DNA of 64,000 bases from a virus (IMGVR_UViG_3300033145_001841:240-64239), one strand, 5' to 3'; positions 1 to 9,436 are shown, counted from the stretch's first letter. Program-made: numbers and translations. The notes: a model not told the origin generated them from the sequence alone.

Positions 1-192
1 GTCGATTCAACGGGCACGTCGCAATTCGGAAAAGATTATTTTTATCAGTATATTCGAAATGAATTATGTTTGCTCTCGTGCGGGTCTTGGGGCGACGGTT
101 CGGCTGCGGGGGTTTGGTATTCGCATTGGTACGACTGTCGGTCGGGTTCGAGCGACTCTGTGGGTTTACGGCTCTGCCTGTACCCGTGGTAG
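1..192 (+). CDS. 3' end of DGR target gene (CLec/FGE-type variable C-terminus, probable receptor-binding/tail protein); 5'-truncated by window
   Basis: Frame 1 is open to TAG at 190-192 (...LLSCGSWGDGSAAGVWYSHWYDCRSGSSDSVGLRLCLYPW*). It has GxW...GxR motifs typical of DGR CLec targets and contains the VR. Confidence 0.85.
   Translation, partial: VDSTGTSQFGKDYFYQYIRNELCLLSCGSWGDGSAAGVWYSHWYDCRSGSSDSVGLRLCLYPW
63..180 (+). repeat. DGR variable repeat (VR)
   Basis: Aligns without gaps to 641-758. I count 30 mismatches in 118 nt, all at TR adenines. Confidence 0.97.
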
Positions 193-208
193 TCGGGCGA
201 TAGCCCGA
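193..208 (+). promoter_or_regulatory. DGR target-recognition hairpin downstream of VR/IMH
   Basis: TCGGGC-GATA-GCCCGA, a perfect 6-bp stem with a 4-nt loop directly after the target stop codon. Confidence 0.8.
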
Positions 209-221
209 TCAAGGATTAGAA

Positions 222-623
222 ATGGGACTACACAGTGAAGCGACACTAAATAGTAAGTTCATGGAATTTGCAAAACTTATGAATATTTATTTAAACCATT
301 TTCCACATCATGAAAAATTTGCATTGGCTAACAAGATAAGGAATACGGCATACAATGTCTATGACCTTATCACAGAAAGCCAAAAGCGTTATTTCAAGAA
401 AACGACATTGGTGAATTTAGACATTGCTCATGAAAAACTGAGGATGCAACTATTGTTAGCGCACGAATTGGGATATTTTCATTTCAAAGACGGCAAGCAA
501 AGCGATAAAAGTCCTAAAAATTTAGAAAGACATCGTTTTTCGGCAATTAGTCGGCTGAATGACGAATTGGGGAAAATGATAGGAGGATGGATTAAAAAAG
601 TAAAGCAGGACAATAAATGGTAG
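222..623 (+). CDS. avd: DGR accessory variability determinant (Avd, four-helix bundle)
   Basis: FPHHEKFALANKIRN and ELGKMIGGWIK motifs; lies between VR and TR/RT. Confidence 0.92.
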   Translation: MGLHSEATLNSKFMEFAKLMNIYLNHFPHHEKFALANKIRNTAYNVYDLITESQKRYFKKTTLVNLDIAHEKLRMQLLLAHELGYFHFKDGKQSDKSPKNLERHRFSAISRLNDELGKMIGGWIKKVKQDNKW

Positions 624-640
624 TAAATGGGAAGGCTCTT

Positions 641-758
641 ATTATGTTTGCAATCGTGCAGGAATTGGAACAACAGTTCGAATGCAGGAGTTTGGAATTC
701 GAATTGGAACAACTATCAGTCGAATTCGAACAACAATGTGAATTTACAGCTCTGACTA
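641..758 (+). ncRNA. DGR template repeat (TR)
   Basis: AAC/AAT-rich copy of the VR located between avd and RT. Confidence 0.97.
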
Positions 759-884
759 CAGTTCTACCTCAAATTCTTAACAGAAATAGCGGAACTACAG
801 GGAGAGTTTTTCCAGCTTTAAGCGAAATCAATCAGAATCCTCTTTTTGGTAAACGAAAGTTGAAAACCAGAGGCTTTATTTAAA

Positions 885-1838
885 ATGAAACGATATGGCA
901 ATTTATTCAATTCTGTATTCAATGAAGAAAATCTATATAATGCCCATTTGGATGCTAGAAAAGGCAAACGAAAGAGATCTTCTTGCTTTAAATTTGAAAA
1001 GAATTTAAGCAAAAATTTGTTTGATTTACATAATGAAATTCATATCGGTAAATATTACCCACAACCATATTTTAAATTTATCGTTTATGAACCAAAGAAA
1101 AGGATTATTTATGCTCCGGCTTTCCGAGACACTGTGGTCCAACACGCCATTTATAGGGTGGTTTATGATATTTTCGATAAAACATTTATCAGTAAATCAT
1201 TTGCTTGTCGCCGAGGCTATGGAACTCACAAGGCAAGTGATTATACCCAATGGGCCTTAAGACAACATGAACCAGACGAGTATACGTTAAAGCTCGATAT
1301 CCGAAAATTCTTTTATTCGATCAACCGAGAGATCCTAAAAAGTCAGGTCGAGCGGAAGATAAAAGATGAAAGATTGGTAAATGTGATGATGATGTTCACC
1401 AAAATGGATGAACCGGACGGTATCCCAATCGGGAATCTTTTAAGCCAGATATATGCGCTGATCTATCTAAACCCAATGGACCATTTCATCAAGCGTGTAC
1501 TTAAAATTAAACACTATGTCCGATATGTGGATGATTTTATTTTGATCGGATTAACCCGCCCCCAATGCCTTGAATACCGGGCGATGATTATCCAATGGTT
1601 GCGTGACAATTTACATCTGCAGCTATCAAAATCAACCATTCAAAAGGTAAAAAAAGGTCTGAATTTCGTTGGTTATCGAACATGGCGGAGCAAGCGGTTT
1701 ATCCGAAAATATAGTCTTTATAAATTCCGGCGTGCCGTCAAGGCCGGGAAGCGGGATGTTGTTGTATCATTGTTCGGCCATGCTAAAAACACTCAGTCAG
1801 TGCCATATATGGCCGGAATTCTACGGGGGGAACACTGA
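885..1838 (+). CDS. DGR reverse transcriptase
   Basis: Motifs LKLDIRKFF, GIPIGNLLSQ and YVRYVDDF; short RT with no maturase or endonuclease domain; adjacent to TR and avd. Confidence 0.96.
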   Translation: MKRYGNLFNSVFNEENLYNAHLDARKGKRKRSSCFKFEKNLSKNLFDLHNEIHIGKYYPQPYFKFIVYEPKKRIIYAPAFRDTVVQHAIYRVVYDIFDKTFISKSFACRRGYGTHKASDYTQWALRQHEPDEYTLKLDIRKFFYSINREILKSQVERKIKDERLVNVMMMFTKMDEPDGIPIGNLLSQIYALIYLNPMDHFIKRVLKIKHYVRYVDDFILIGLTRPQCLEYRAMIIQWLRDNLHLQLSKSTIQKVKKGLNFVGYRTWRSKRFIRKYSLYKFRRAVKAGKRDVVVSLFGHAKNTQSVPYMAGILRGEH

Positions 1839-2191
1839 TGGCAAATCAAATTGAACTTTGCACCATCGACAAAAAAAGCTATGTGGCCCTTGAAGACAAA
1901 GACGGTAAAATGCAACTGGCGGAAATGATGGCCAAGGGCGCCGTCATCATTGAAGGCACAACTCACACGGCTAGGGAGCTTCGGGATCTCAAGATGCAAA
2001 TTGCGCTGGCGACACCAGCCGCCATGGCGATCAGAGGCCAGGTGGTCTCTAAAATCCGTGAGCAATACACGGTGGCGGATGAGATTAAAATGTTAAGAAT
2101 TTCTCCATCTCCCGAAACCGCGGCGTGGAATGATTACGTGGAAGATTGCCGGGCCTGGGGCCGGGAAGAAAAAGCGAAATTAGGGCTGTAG
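1838..2191 (+). CDS. hypothetical phage protein (possible tail-fibre-associated protein)
   Basis: Translationally coupled to RT. The C-terminal IREQYTVADEI...WNDYVEDCR segment resembles small tail-associated proteins (inference). Confidence 0.5.
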   Translation: MANQIELCTIDKKSYVALEDKDGKMQLAEMMAKGAVIIEGTTHTARELRDLKMQIALATPAAMAIRGQVVSKIREQYTVADEIKMLRISPSPETAAWNDYVEDCRAWGREEKAKLGL

Positions 2192-2207
2192 ACCAGAGGG
2201 CTAAAAA

Positions 2208-2486
2208 ATGCCGGTAAACGAAATGCCATCATGGGAAGAATGGAACGAACAGCTATCGGAAGAACAGCGAAAGTATTCCCTCTATAAAACTCTTGAGTCT
2301 ATCAACAGTCAGTTATCAGAGCGAGAGAAAAACTGTGTAGCGCGAGAAACCATTTGTATTGCCCACTTTCAGAAACTGGATCGGCGCAAAAAATGGAATT
2401 CGGCAGAATCAATGCTCGGTGGGATTATCGGTGGGATTTTGGCAGTGATCGGCGGGTGGGCATTTTGGAAGGGGGCAGGGCCATGA
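2208..2486 (+). CDS. putative holin-like membrane protein
   Basis: Coiled N-terminus, single C-terminal TM helix (GGIIGGILAVIGGWAFW), directly upstream of the endolysin. Confidence 0.5.
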   Translation: MPVNEMPSWEEWNEQLSEEQRKYSLYKTLESINSQLSEREKNCVARETICIAHFQKLDRRKKWNSAESMLGGIIGGILAVIGGWAFWKGAGP

Positions 2487-2785
2487 TTAAATTTAAGCAA
2501 AACGTTGTTGTGCATCCGTACGCTATTCGATCTCCGGAGGTGATGCGCATTCTCGATATTGCGGTGTCCGAGGCGCCGGATGGGTATCACGTAACCGTCA
2601 CCAGCGGATGCGAGGGGAAGCACTTGCCCGGATCCAGCCATTACCGGGGGAAGGCCTGGGATCTTCGGATCCGTGATTTTCCGGGAAACGTGGAAACCTG
2701 GGTGGACCGCATCCGCCGCGCCCTGGGAGACCGGTATTTTGTGCTCCTGGAATCGGATCATATTCATATTCAGTGGAACGGATAG
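2483..2785 (+). CDS. endolysin, peptidase M15 family (Zn D-Ala-D-Ala peptidase fold)
   Basis: VTVTSG...SSHYRGKAWDLR...DHIHIQ motifs; ATG at 2483 overlaps the upstream stop. Confidence 0.8.
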   Translation: MIKFKQNVVVHPYAIRSPEVMRILDIAVSEAPDGYHVTVTSGCEGKHLPGSSHYRGKAWDLRIRDFPGNVETWVDRIRRALGDRYFVLLESDHIHIQWNG

Positions 2786-2797
2786 CGGGGAATTAAA

Positions 2798-3166
2798 ATG
2801 AAAGCAATGATGATTGCATATCAAAAATGGATAATCCCGGCGCTGTTTCTGACGGTCACGGCGTGCGCCACGGCGTCGTTCTCCAAAAACACTTACGACA
2901 CCCTTGCTACTTCAGCAGATGCATACAGGGCGTCAATGCAAAGCGCCGGAGAGCTTTATAAAAAGGGGATGATAACCGAGGCGCAGAAAACCCGAATCAT
3001 CGTGTACGGGGAGGATTTCTGGTTGGCTTATCATACCGCGGTTGATGCCCTGGAGGCGTACCAAATCACCAAGGATCGAGCGGGAGTCTACACCGCGCTT
3101 GCAACTTTATCAGCGGCTTTGGGGTCGTTTCTTGAGTATGCCCAATCGTTGAATGGAGGGTCGTGA
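2798..3166 (+). CDS. lipoprotein in lysis cassette
   Basis: Hydrophobic signal ending in a VTAC lipobox. Confidence 0.6.
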   Translation: MKAMMIAYQKWIIPALFLTVTACATASFSKNTYDTLATSADAYRASMQSAGELYKKGMITEAQKTRIIVYGEDFWLAYHTAVDALEAYQITKDRAGVYTALATLSAALGSFLEYAQSLNGGS

Positions 3167-3529
3167 TGGAACTAGGCACTTGTTATAAACATGGTGGAAA
3201 TATACTGAGAATATCCTTTGCAACCATCATTGCCCCTTAACGGAGTCTTTGGGTGTATTAAGCACCACAATCCGAAGGGATCGCAAGCGTCACTGTTTTT
3301 GCAAAAATTCGTTACATTGCTCAAATCGCAATCTTGAACCTTTCCGGCTTTTACATCGTGTTCTATGGTTTGTTGTGGGCCCACCTCATCCCTCCATAAA
3401 TCGTTAACATTTAGTTACCACCCGCATTACCGCCTAATAATTTCAACCACTTCCGTCTTAACGTGCGGGTTCAAGTACCGCACTGGCCTATTATAAAGAT
3501 GCCTGCACCCTTTCTTCTCTCATGCACTC

Positions 3530-3794
3530 CGGGGTAGTGTTTGGGGTAGTGACGTTTGACAATCCGTGCAAAATATGACAAAATACCCCAAAAAATACCC
3601 CACTGTTTTTTGACTTTACGCTATCCATGCGGTTTTTAACGATATCCAGAGCGCCTTTTAGCCCTGTTACTTGCCTTTCACGCCTGCGACAGGGGTTCGA
3701 ATCCCCTTGGGGACGCCAAATGATTTTAGGGGGTTAGCCGTTTATTGGTTGGCCCCCTTTTCATTTCGGGGTAGTGTTTGGGGTAGTGACGTTT
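3530..3794. mobile_element. attP region with integrase arm-type direct repeats
   Basis: CGGGGTAGTGTTTGGGGTAGTGACGTTT (28 bp) is identical at 3530-3557 and 3767-3794, flanking the tRNA-derived core. Inverted TACCCCA copies lie near 3583-3602. Confidence 0.75.
3673..3718 (+). other. attP core: 3' half of tRNA-Glu(TTC)
   Basis: CTTTCAC anticodon loop, AGGGG-TTCGAAT-CCCCT T-arm and GGGGACGCCA end. No 5' half upstream. Confidence 0.88.
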
Positions 3795-4800
3795 CGAAAG
3801 ATAGATTTTCAACCGCATTTTTCACATCGTCCTGAACATTATAAATGTACCGATCCGTTGTGGTCGGAGCCGCATGGCCGAGCAGCTTCTGAATGGTCGG
3901 GATGGACTTTTTATATTTGTCGGCCAGCAGGGATGCAAACATTCTCCTGATTGCATGAAAGCCCACCCTACCCTTCTCGATCCCCGCCTTTTTACATAAT
4001 CCGTGAATGAACCTTCTCCTGGTCGTGTACCCTGCCCCGTAGTGGCTGTGATTTGGCTCCCGGTTCTGGAAAACGAAGTCTGACATGGGTAATTTGTTTT
4101 TCCACTGGTCCTGCAAGCAACTAAACGCCATGTCGTTCATGGGCGCATATCGGTATTTCATGGAACCATCCCTTGACTTTCTGCTCCCTAATCGGATTGT
4201 GCGCTTCTCAAAATTGATATCGTCCGTCCAGGTCAGCCGAAAGATTTCTGAGCGCCGGGCCCCTGTTGTCCCCAAAACCACCAAAAGGTTCCGACCGTGC
4301 CTAGTTGCAGCCAACATAATGCGAATGAACTCATCCTCAGTGAATACAGCCTGTGGTCCCCTGTTGGACGGGAGCTTATCAATGCCCACTACCGGGCTAA
4401 CAGGCAGCTTGTGAAATTTCATAGCGTAATTGAAAAATGCCAGTAGTTCTTTCCTGGCTCGGTTAAACCGCGACGCGGGCGTGATCATCTTGAGGTAGTC
4501 CCACACGTCTTTCGTGGTAATATTCAGGATCGGCGTATCTGGTGGGTATTTACAAAGCAATCTTTTCAAGTGCCTCCGCTTTGTTTTGTATGTGCTTTCG
4601 ATGTACTTGATTTCGGCAAATGACAAATAATCGTTAATGACTTCCAGCAAAGAGCCCGTGTGGGTCTGCTTGAGATAAGAGCTTTTGGTCTCCCTTTCCC
4701 ATGCGATTGCCTCTCTTTTTGTACGGAATGATTTTTGCGCGATGCGCTTCTGGCTGACTGTCACGACTCCGCGCCATCTTCCCCGATCCTTGTAAGGCAT
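3742..4800 (-). CDS. int: phage integrase (tyrosine recombinase)
   Basis: TGARRSEI, FHAIRR and LLGHAAPTTTDRY catalytic motifs; N-terminal arm-binding segment; next to attP. Confidence 0.95.
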   Translation of the reverse strand: MPYKDRGRWRGVVTVSQKRIAQKSFRTKREAIAWERETKSSYLKQTHTGSLLEVINDYLSFAEIKYIESTYKTKRRHLKRLLCKYPPDTPILNITTKDVWDYLKMITPASRFNRARKELLAFFNYAMKFHKLPVSPVVGIDKLPSNRGPQAVFTEDEFIRIMLAATRHGRNLLVVLGTTGARRSEIFRLTWTDDINFEKRTIRLGSRKSRDGSMKYRYAPMNDMAFSCLQDQWKNKLPMSDFVFQNREPNHSHYGAGYTTRRRFIHGLCKKAGIEKGRVGFHAIRRMFASLLADKYKKSIPTIQKLLGHAAPTTTDRYIYNVQDDVKNAVENLSFETSLPQTLPRNEKGANQ

Positions 4801-4957
4801 CTTCCAGCCCCTCCCGTGTGAATATCCACGATCCGCCTATGCTCACCGCACCCAATTCGGCAGCGTTCTTATACACCCACCTAATAGATTTACGCAAGTG
4901 GGCAGCAACCTCTTTGGGTTTTAGGACAGGATTCATTTTTTCGGCGGCGGTTGTCAA
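4634..4957 (-). CDS. excisionase-like HTH protein
   Basis: VLKPKEVAAHLRKSIRWVY...IGGSWIF winged HTH overlapping the int start. Confidence 0.7.
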   Translation of the reverse strand: MTTAAEKMNPVLKPKEVAAHLRKSIRWVYKNAAELGAVSIGGSWIFTREGLEDALQGSGKMARSRDSQPEAHRAKIIPYKKRGNRMGKGDQKLLSQADPHGLFAGSH

Positions 4958-5006
4958 CTATTTTTCCTCATTGACAATGGCGTTTATTTCGGTGTGAGTT
5001 GTCATT

Positions 5007-5318
5007 CTAAAATAGACTCTGCTGAATCGGCCTGTCCTGATCCATGATAATGATCCGGTCGTATCCCAATTTTGTTTTATGGCCACAAATAGTCTTATTC
5101 AGGCTCAAAAGCGTTTCTTCATCAAAATGACCCATCCAGAAGCGAGCGGTTCCGTCCGGACGTGTCAGTGTTAAATGAATGTGTGGCGGTTGCTCCTGAT
5201 CTATGCCCTTCATCCTGTCGCTATACAATTGGCAGATGCACCCGCGTTTAATCGACTTTATCCTGTACGGCCCGCTGTAATTCGTTTTTATCAACATCCC
5301 AGGTTCGAGTTTCATCAA
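5007..5318 (-). CDS. hypothetical protein
   Basis: ORF in the leftward early operon. Confidence 0.55.
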   Translation of the reverse strand: MMKLEPGMLIKTNYSGPYRIKSIKRGCICQLYSDRMKGIDQEQPPHIHLTLTRPDGTARFWMGHFDEETLLSLNKTICGHKTKLGYDRIIIMDQDRPIQQSLF

Positions 5319-5325
5319 GTTCCCC

Positions 5326-5670
5326 TTAAACTATCGGAAAGGCCTCGGCTTCACGGATTTTACGATCTCGCTCTAACTTTAGATATCCAGCAATAGAATG
5401 AGCGTGGCCATCTATAAATTCCATGATTTGGTTTGACCTATCATGCCAGCAATCACACGATGACACATATTCAACACCCTCGAATTTGACATAACAAACT
5501 GCATGATCGAGAGCGGTTGCCTTTGTATCCTTCTCAAGGCTTTTCAATTCACCTTCCTCAAAATCCCCATTTCCATTAAAATCGTAGAACTCACGTCCGC
5601 AGGCGCATGTCGCTGAGCATGATCCAATTCCTGGGGAAAAGGCCCTTTCGAAATTTTCATTTTTAGACAT
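5326..5670 (-). CDS. hypothetical Cys-rich protein
   Basis: ORF with CACG and CDC motifs; start chosen at MSKNE. Confidence 0.55.
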   Translation of the reverse strand: MSKNENFERAFSPGIGSCSATCACGREFYDFNGNGDFEEGELKSLEKDTKATALDHAVCYVKFEGVEYVSSCDCWHDRSNQIMEFIDGHAHSIAGYLKLERDRKIREAEAFPIV

Positions 5671-5674
5671 CCCT

Positions 5675-6430
5675 TCACCCCTGTAATAATTTTTGACCAC
5701 TATGTATCAGAGAAAGTAAAACATCCTTATCCTGGGTGAAATGCTGTATCTTTCGGCACATCTCGGCCATATTCAGCATGAGATTATGGAAGAACATTGC
5801 CGCCTCATCTGAATATGGGATTTCTTTTGGGTCTCGCCCTAACGTGAAGGAGCACCAACTATTTAAGAGGGACGCGGGACATTCGATGCTGAGATGGTCA
5901 CCTTTTCCGTAATACATTTCATATTTTACTTTTTCGAGTTCCCCGTATCGGTATGTCCGCTTGTGTTTAGCTATTGCGCCTACGGTTAAACTGTATCCAC
6001 CATTGGACGGCCTTGTCGCATGATGTCCGCCGTAGATGTCGTCCTTACCCATAGAGACCCATTCCGCGCCATCACTGGCGTTTGGGTAAATGGTTCCATC
6101 TGATTTTTCCGCGAAAGAAACGTGTGATTCGATGTTGTACAGAATAACAATTTCATCTATGATTTCTGGCTTAATATAAAGGGAAAGAGCATTATTTATG
6201 GCACTTATCAACCATTCGAATCCTTTGCTGCAATATTTTGTTTTGCCCCTGTAGTGATCCATCCATATTCGATTGTTTTTTTTAGTTTCTTGTCTCAAGA
6301 TGTCAGCAAGGTGATCTGGGACATAGCAATAGAAGTTCCCGTCAGCATCGACGCTTATGCTTTCCGTGAATTGTTCAGTTGCACCGGCCTCATTCCGAGC
6401 GGAAAAAGTATGTTTTTTAAACTGGGGCAT
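5675..6430 (-). CDS. hypothetical phage protein
   Basis: Long ORF; start at MPQFKK after a GGGAG RBS. Confidence 0.6.
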   Translation of the reverse strand: MPQFKKHTFSARNEAGATEQFTESISVDADGNFYCYVPDHLADILRQETKKNNRIWMDHYRGKTKYCSKGFEWLISAINNALSLYIKPEIIDEIVILYNIESHVSFAEKSDGTIYPNASDGAEWVSMGKDDIYGGHHATRPSNGGYSLTVGAIAKHKRTYRYGELEKVKYEMYYGKGDHLSIECPASLLNSWCSFTLGRDPKEIPYSDEAAMFFHNLMLNMAEMCRKIQHFTQDKDVLLSLIHSGQKLLQG

Positions 6431-6455
6431 TCTGATCTCTCCCTTAAAAATCCCT

Positions 6456-6650
6456 TTAAGTCTCGGTCCAGGGGAGCAACCTCGGCATTTCTCCATTTTC
6501 ATATGCGATTTCCAATTGTGGGCCCACAAACTCAGACACGGTGGACCCGTCCGGCAGCATGATATGGGCCAGGAATTCATCCTGAAATGTCGTGATCCCC
6601 GTTTCGACAGCCTCTAGCTTCGCTTTTATCACCAAGCCAGCGCCCGCCAT
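6456..6650 (-). pseudogene. C-terminal remnant of a phage protein (WRALA/LVIKAKLEAVE type)
   Basis: Minus strand reads TGG CGG GCG CTG GCT then TG GTG ATA AAA GCG, i.e. WRALA joined to VIKAKLEAVE by a 1-nt frameshift. The N-terminus is absent. Confidence 0.5.
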
Positions 6651-6692
6651 TAAGGTCCTTTGTCGGGTAATTGATGGTTATTGCCATGCGCT

Positions 6693-8000
6693 TTACAGGA
6701 TTCCGATCTGTTTCAATTCATAACCGTAATAACAACGGTTATGTGATAGATTTTTCTTCACTATTCTCTTCAAATAGCCGAGCGTATATTCACTATCTTT
6801 TTCAAGATCATTGGCATTACAAAAACCTCTTACACCTTCTTTGCAAAACCCGAGACGCCTACAAAGCTTCATATTGATTATTTTGCTATCTGTCTTCTTT
6901 GCTGCTTTTTTCTTTTCCCATCCAACAACACACTGATCTATCGACGCTGCATGATATGTTACGCCATCACGTAACACGCAGTAATCATAATGCGTTCCTG
7001 CGAGCAGGCGTTGAAAGGTTCGGAAGCCCGGAGTGTCTGGGCCCACTGTTTCGATTACTTCCATCTTAGGATTTAGCTGTACGGGTTTCAATTCCGCACA
7101 AACATTAATTCTCTTAAGTTTCAATCCGAAATATTCTTCTATTGCGTTCAAAACGAAGTGGCCAGCATAGACCTTTAAGGGCTTTAAAAACACAATTCCT
7201 TTTCCGTTCCTGATTGCAATTTCTCTATTTGTATGCGTTAGCTTACCGAGGCCGTGATGCACTTTGGAGTCATCGTAATGCAATACTGTGTCGGTGGTGA
7301 TGTAACGACCCTCGAATGTCGCATACGTGTGGTTTTTATGTTCGTCTTGCAATTCAATCAAAGGAACCTCGTTATAAAGATAGCGCGGCGGGAGCCCTGA
7401 AGCCTTTTTAAGCTTGTTGTAATCAACTTGAGCCTTCTCCATGGCGAGATCCAGTTTCCGTCGATTGTCCTGCGTAACTTTTGTAATTTTACGCCGGTTG
7501 CGGCTCGCCGGATATTGTCCCATGTCGCCGAAAATATGCTCCCATGCGAAATCGTTTGTTCTTTCCGTGGAAGCTCCCCAGCTCCGCCTCACTTTTTTTA
7601 TTTCTTCAAACTTTTTAAACGCCTCTGGGTATTTCCGATGTAGGTACTCCGCGAATCGTTGATGACTTCCGGCGTTTCTTACAATCTTCATCCCCCTTGG
7701 GCTTCTACCTATTTTCGCTGCCAAGTTATCATTTAGCGGCGCTCCCTTCACATGGTCAAAACATCTACGATCATCTGCCCACTCATTGAGATATGGCCTA
7801 ACGTATGCCGAATCAAAACGGGCCTGATGTTTGCCGGCGCATGTTTTGAAAAATTCCCGGATCAGAGCAGCGCCTTCATAGGATCCAGGACGATTATACG
7901 TTTTTATCAACACAAGCTTTTTGCACTTGATCCAGAAGTGCATCGCTGAATCATTTATAATCGCCTGAATTTCTCTGATTAGTTTTGGTGATTTCTTCAT
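6693..8000 (-). CDS. large basic hypothetical protein
   Basis: About 435-aa ORF from MKKSPKL, preceded by a G14 tract. Confidence 0.65.
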   Translation of the reverse strand: MKKSPKLIREIQAIINDSAMHFWIKCKKLVLIKTYNRPGSYEGAALIREFFKTCAGKHQARFDSAYVRPYLNEWADDRRCFDHVKGAPLNDNLAAKIGRSPRGMKIVRNAGSHQRFAEYLHRKYPEAFKKFEEIKKVRRSWGASTERTNDFAWEHIFGDMGQYPASRNRRKITKVTQDNRRKLDLAMEKAQVDYNKLKKASGLPPRYLYNEVPLIELQDEHKNHTYATFEGRYITTDTVLHYDDSKVHHGLGKLTHTNREIAIRNGKGIVFLKPLKVYAGHFVLNAIEEYFGLKLKRINVCAELKPVQLNPKMEVIETVGPDTPGFRTFQRLLAGTHYDYCVLRDGVTYHAASIDQCVVGWEKKKAAKKTDSKIINMKLCRRLGFCKEGVRGFCNANDLEKDSEYTLGYLKRIVKKNLSHNRCYYGYELKQIGIL

Positions 8001-8025
8001 TGCCCCCCCCCCCCCCGGTGCCGGG

Positions 8026-8397
8026 TTATGCTTCCTTATTCCAATCGACCTCAAAAAACCCCAATTTCCCCAGGCACGGAACAAAATCAACCGCCTCCGA
8101 ATTCTCAAAAACGAAACCCCAAGGTCCGAAGAAGAAAGGGCTTTCGTGGTGATCAACGCAATCCACGATTCGGGACTTTCCGACTATGCCGCCCATGAAG
8201 AAATCATCCCTGTGCGGGATTTCGGCGTCCAACAAATCACGGTGTTCCAAGAGCCATTGGTATCCAATATGATCGAATTTCTTCCCCGCATGGATCAGGA
8301 ACGGGCCTGTAATCCTGGTGGGCCAGGTCCGATTTTCAACCGGCTTCCCGTGCAGAATTGCCCAGGCCCAGGGTTGTCTTATTGATAGTGCTCTCAT
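8026..8397 (-). CDS. ASCH domain protein
   Basis: MRALSIRQPWAWAILHGKPVENRTW...IHAG...GKLGFF signature. Confidence 0.92.
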   Translation of the reverse strand: MRALSIRQPWAWAILHGKPVENRTWPTRITGPFLIHAGKKFDHIGYQWLLEHRDLLDAEIPHRDDFFMGGIVGKSRIVDCVDHHESPFFFGPWGFVFENSEAVDFVPCLGKLGFFEVDWNKEA

Positions 8398-8411
8398 TTT
8401 TTTACCTCGCA

Positions 8412-8473
8412 ATATAACAATTTAGCTGACTTGCGGCGGTTGTTTGCCGTCAGAGTCCAGCGGCTGGTTAGCT
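8412..8473 (-). mobile_element. attC site 1
   Basis: Plus strand ATATAAC...GTTAGCT, 62-bp imperfect palindrome. Confidence 0.75.
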
Positions 8474-8601
8474 ATTTTGGTAAGTTCATGTCCTTGCCAA
8501 CATTTTGTTCCGTAGCCCTTTTCCAGGTCTGTATATTTCGTTTGGCACGTTTTGCACTCCCACGTTTTAGGCTGAAGATGATCCGTGCGCCCATTCCACA
8601 T
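8422..8601 (-). CDS. 59-aa Cys-containing cassette ORF (not in ORF track)
   Basis: AAGGAG RBS then MWNGRTDHLQPKTWECKTCQ...; stop lies inside attC 1. Confidence 0.55.
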   Translation of the reverse strand: MWNGRTDHLQPKTWECKTCQTKYTDLEKGYGTKCWQGHELTKIANQPLDSDGKQPPQVS

Positions 8602-8617
8602 ATTTTTCTCCTTTAAT

Positions 8618-8705
8618 AGCTAACGATATAGTTCACCGGCCCCTGCGGGGGACTCCAAATTTACAGGGGGGACTTCCAGGGGGCCGGCGTGGCGGTTGGT
8701 TATGA
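8618..8705 (-). mobile_element. attC site 2
   Basis: AGCTAAC...GTTATGA, 88 bp; related to sites 4 and 5. Confidence 0.75.
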
Positions 8706-9419
8706 CCCGCAATGACACGGCGGGTACTCCATTTCTTCAAATAGAACTTTTTGATTTTCATTAACAATCACAGGCAATGTTTTTTTTGAACTGGATAGGG
8801 TAAATGGCTTTTTCCCTTTTTCAATTGAATATTCCATGTTCGATTGTTCGAGCGCAACCGCACGGGCAAACAAGCACGGGTGTTTCTGGCGCAATTCTTT
8901 CCATTGGCTTTTGCGCTGCATCGGGCAAATGTAACAGCCGGATCGGACAGGGACCGGCAACCCATGTTGCTTAATGATCTCCTTGCACCCGTCACGGTCA
9001 ATATCATGCTCGATCAACGGCCACCTGTTTTCAATGCCATTATTTACCCCTATTTTTGCTCTATGCGCTTCACCCGCGTCTATTCCCAAAAGTTGAAAGC
9101 ACGGTGCTTTGACATGCTTTTCAATGATCTTGATTTTGTATTCCACGGTACACCACCTTTGACGCATGGTCGGGACCATGCGGTATGCTTCACATTTATC
9201 TATCACTGAGCGGAATTTGCCGGACGGAAAAAGGATCGTAATCGGTCTATGCCCGTTGGCTTTTAGCCACCATTGGAACCCGGCGAGGTAATCATACGTT
9301 TCCGGCCAGTCCGTCCCGTGGTGGGCAAATACGGATTCAAAGTCTGTTCCCTGATCCAAAAGCAGCAAATGAAGCGCAACCGAATTGACACCCCCGCCGA
9401 ATGATAGGTAATTTTTCAT
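8700..9419 (-). CDS. PAPS-reductase-like (PP-loop) protein, cassette-borne
   Basis: YLSFGGGVNS PP-loop, RWCTVEYK and SGCYICP motifs. Confidence 0.85.
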   Translation of the reverse strand: MKNYLSFGGGVNSVALHLLLLDQGTDFESVFAHHGTDWPETYDYLAGFQWWLKANGHRPITILFPSGKFRSVIDKCEAYRMVPTMRQRWCTVEYKIKIIEKHVKAPCFQLLGIDAGEAHRAKIGVNNGIENRWPLIEHDIDRDGCKEIIKQHGLPVPVRSGCYICPMQRKSQWKELRQKHPCLFARAVALEQSNMEYSIEKGKKPFTLSSSKKTLPVIVNENQKVLFEEMEYPPCHCGS

Positions 9420-9436
9420 GTTTTTGCTCCAAAGGG

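Noticed and set aside
617-883. 88-aa ORF between avd and RT
   Set aside because: It overlaps the DGR template repeat; the open frame is probably a by-product of the TR sequence.
3673-3718. Functional tRNA-Glu gene
   Set aside because: The 5' acceptor strand and D-arm are missing; it is better explained as the attP core.
8700-9419. Dnd/Ssp phosphorothioation system
   Set aside because: Only a lone PAPS-reductase-like gene; no dndA/B/D/E or ssp partners in the window.
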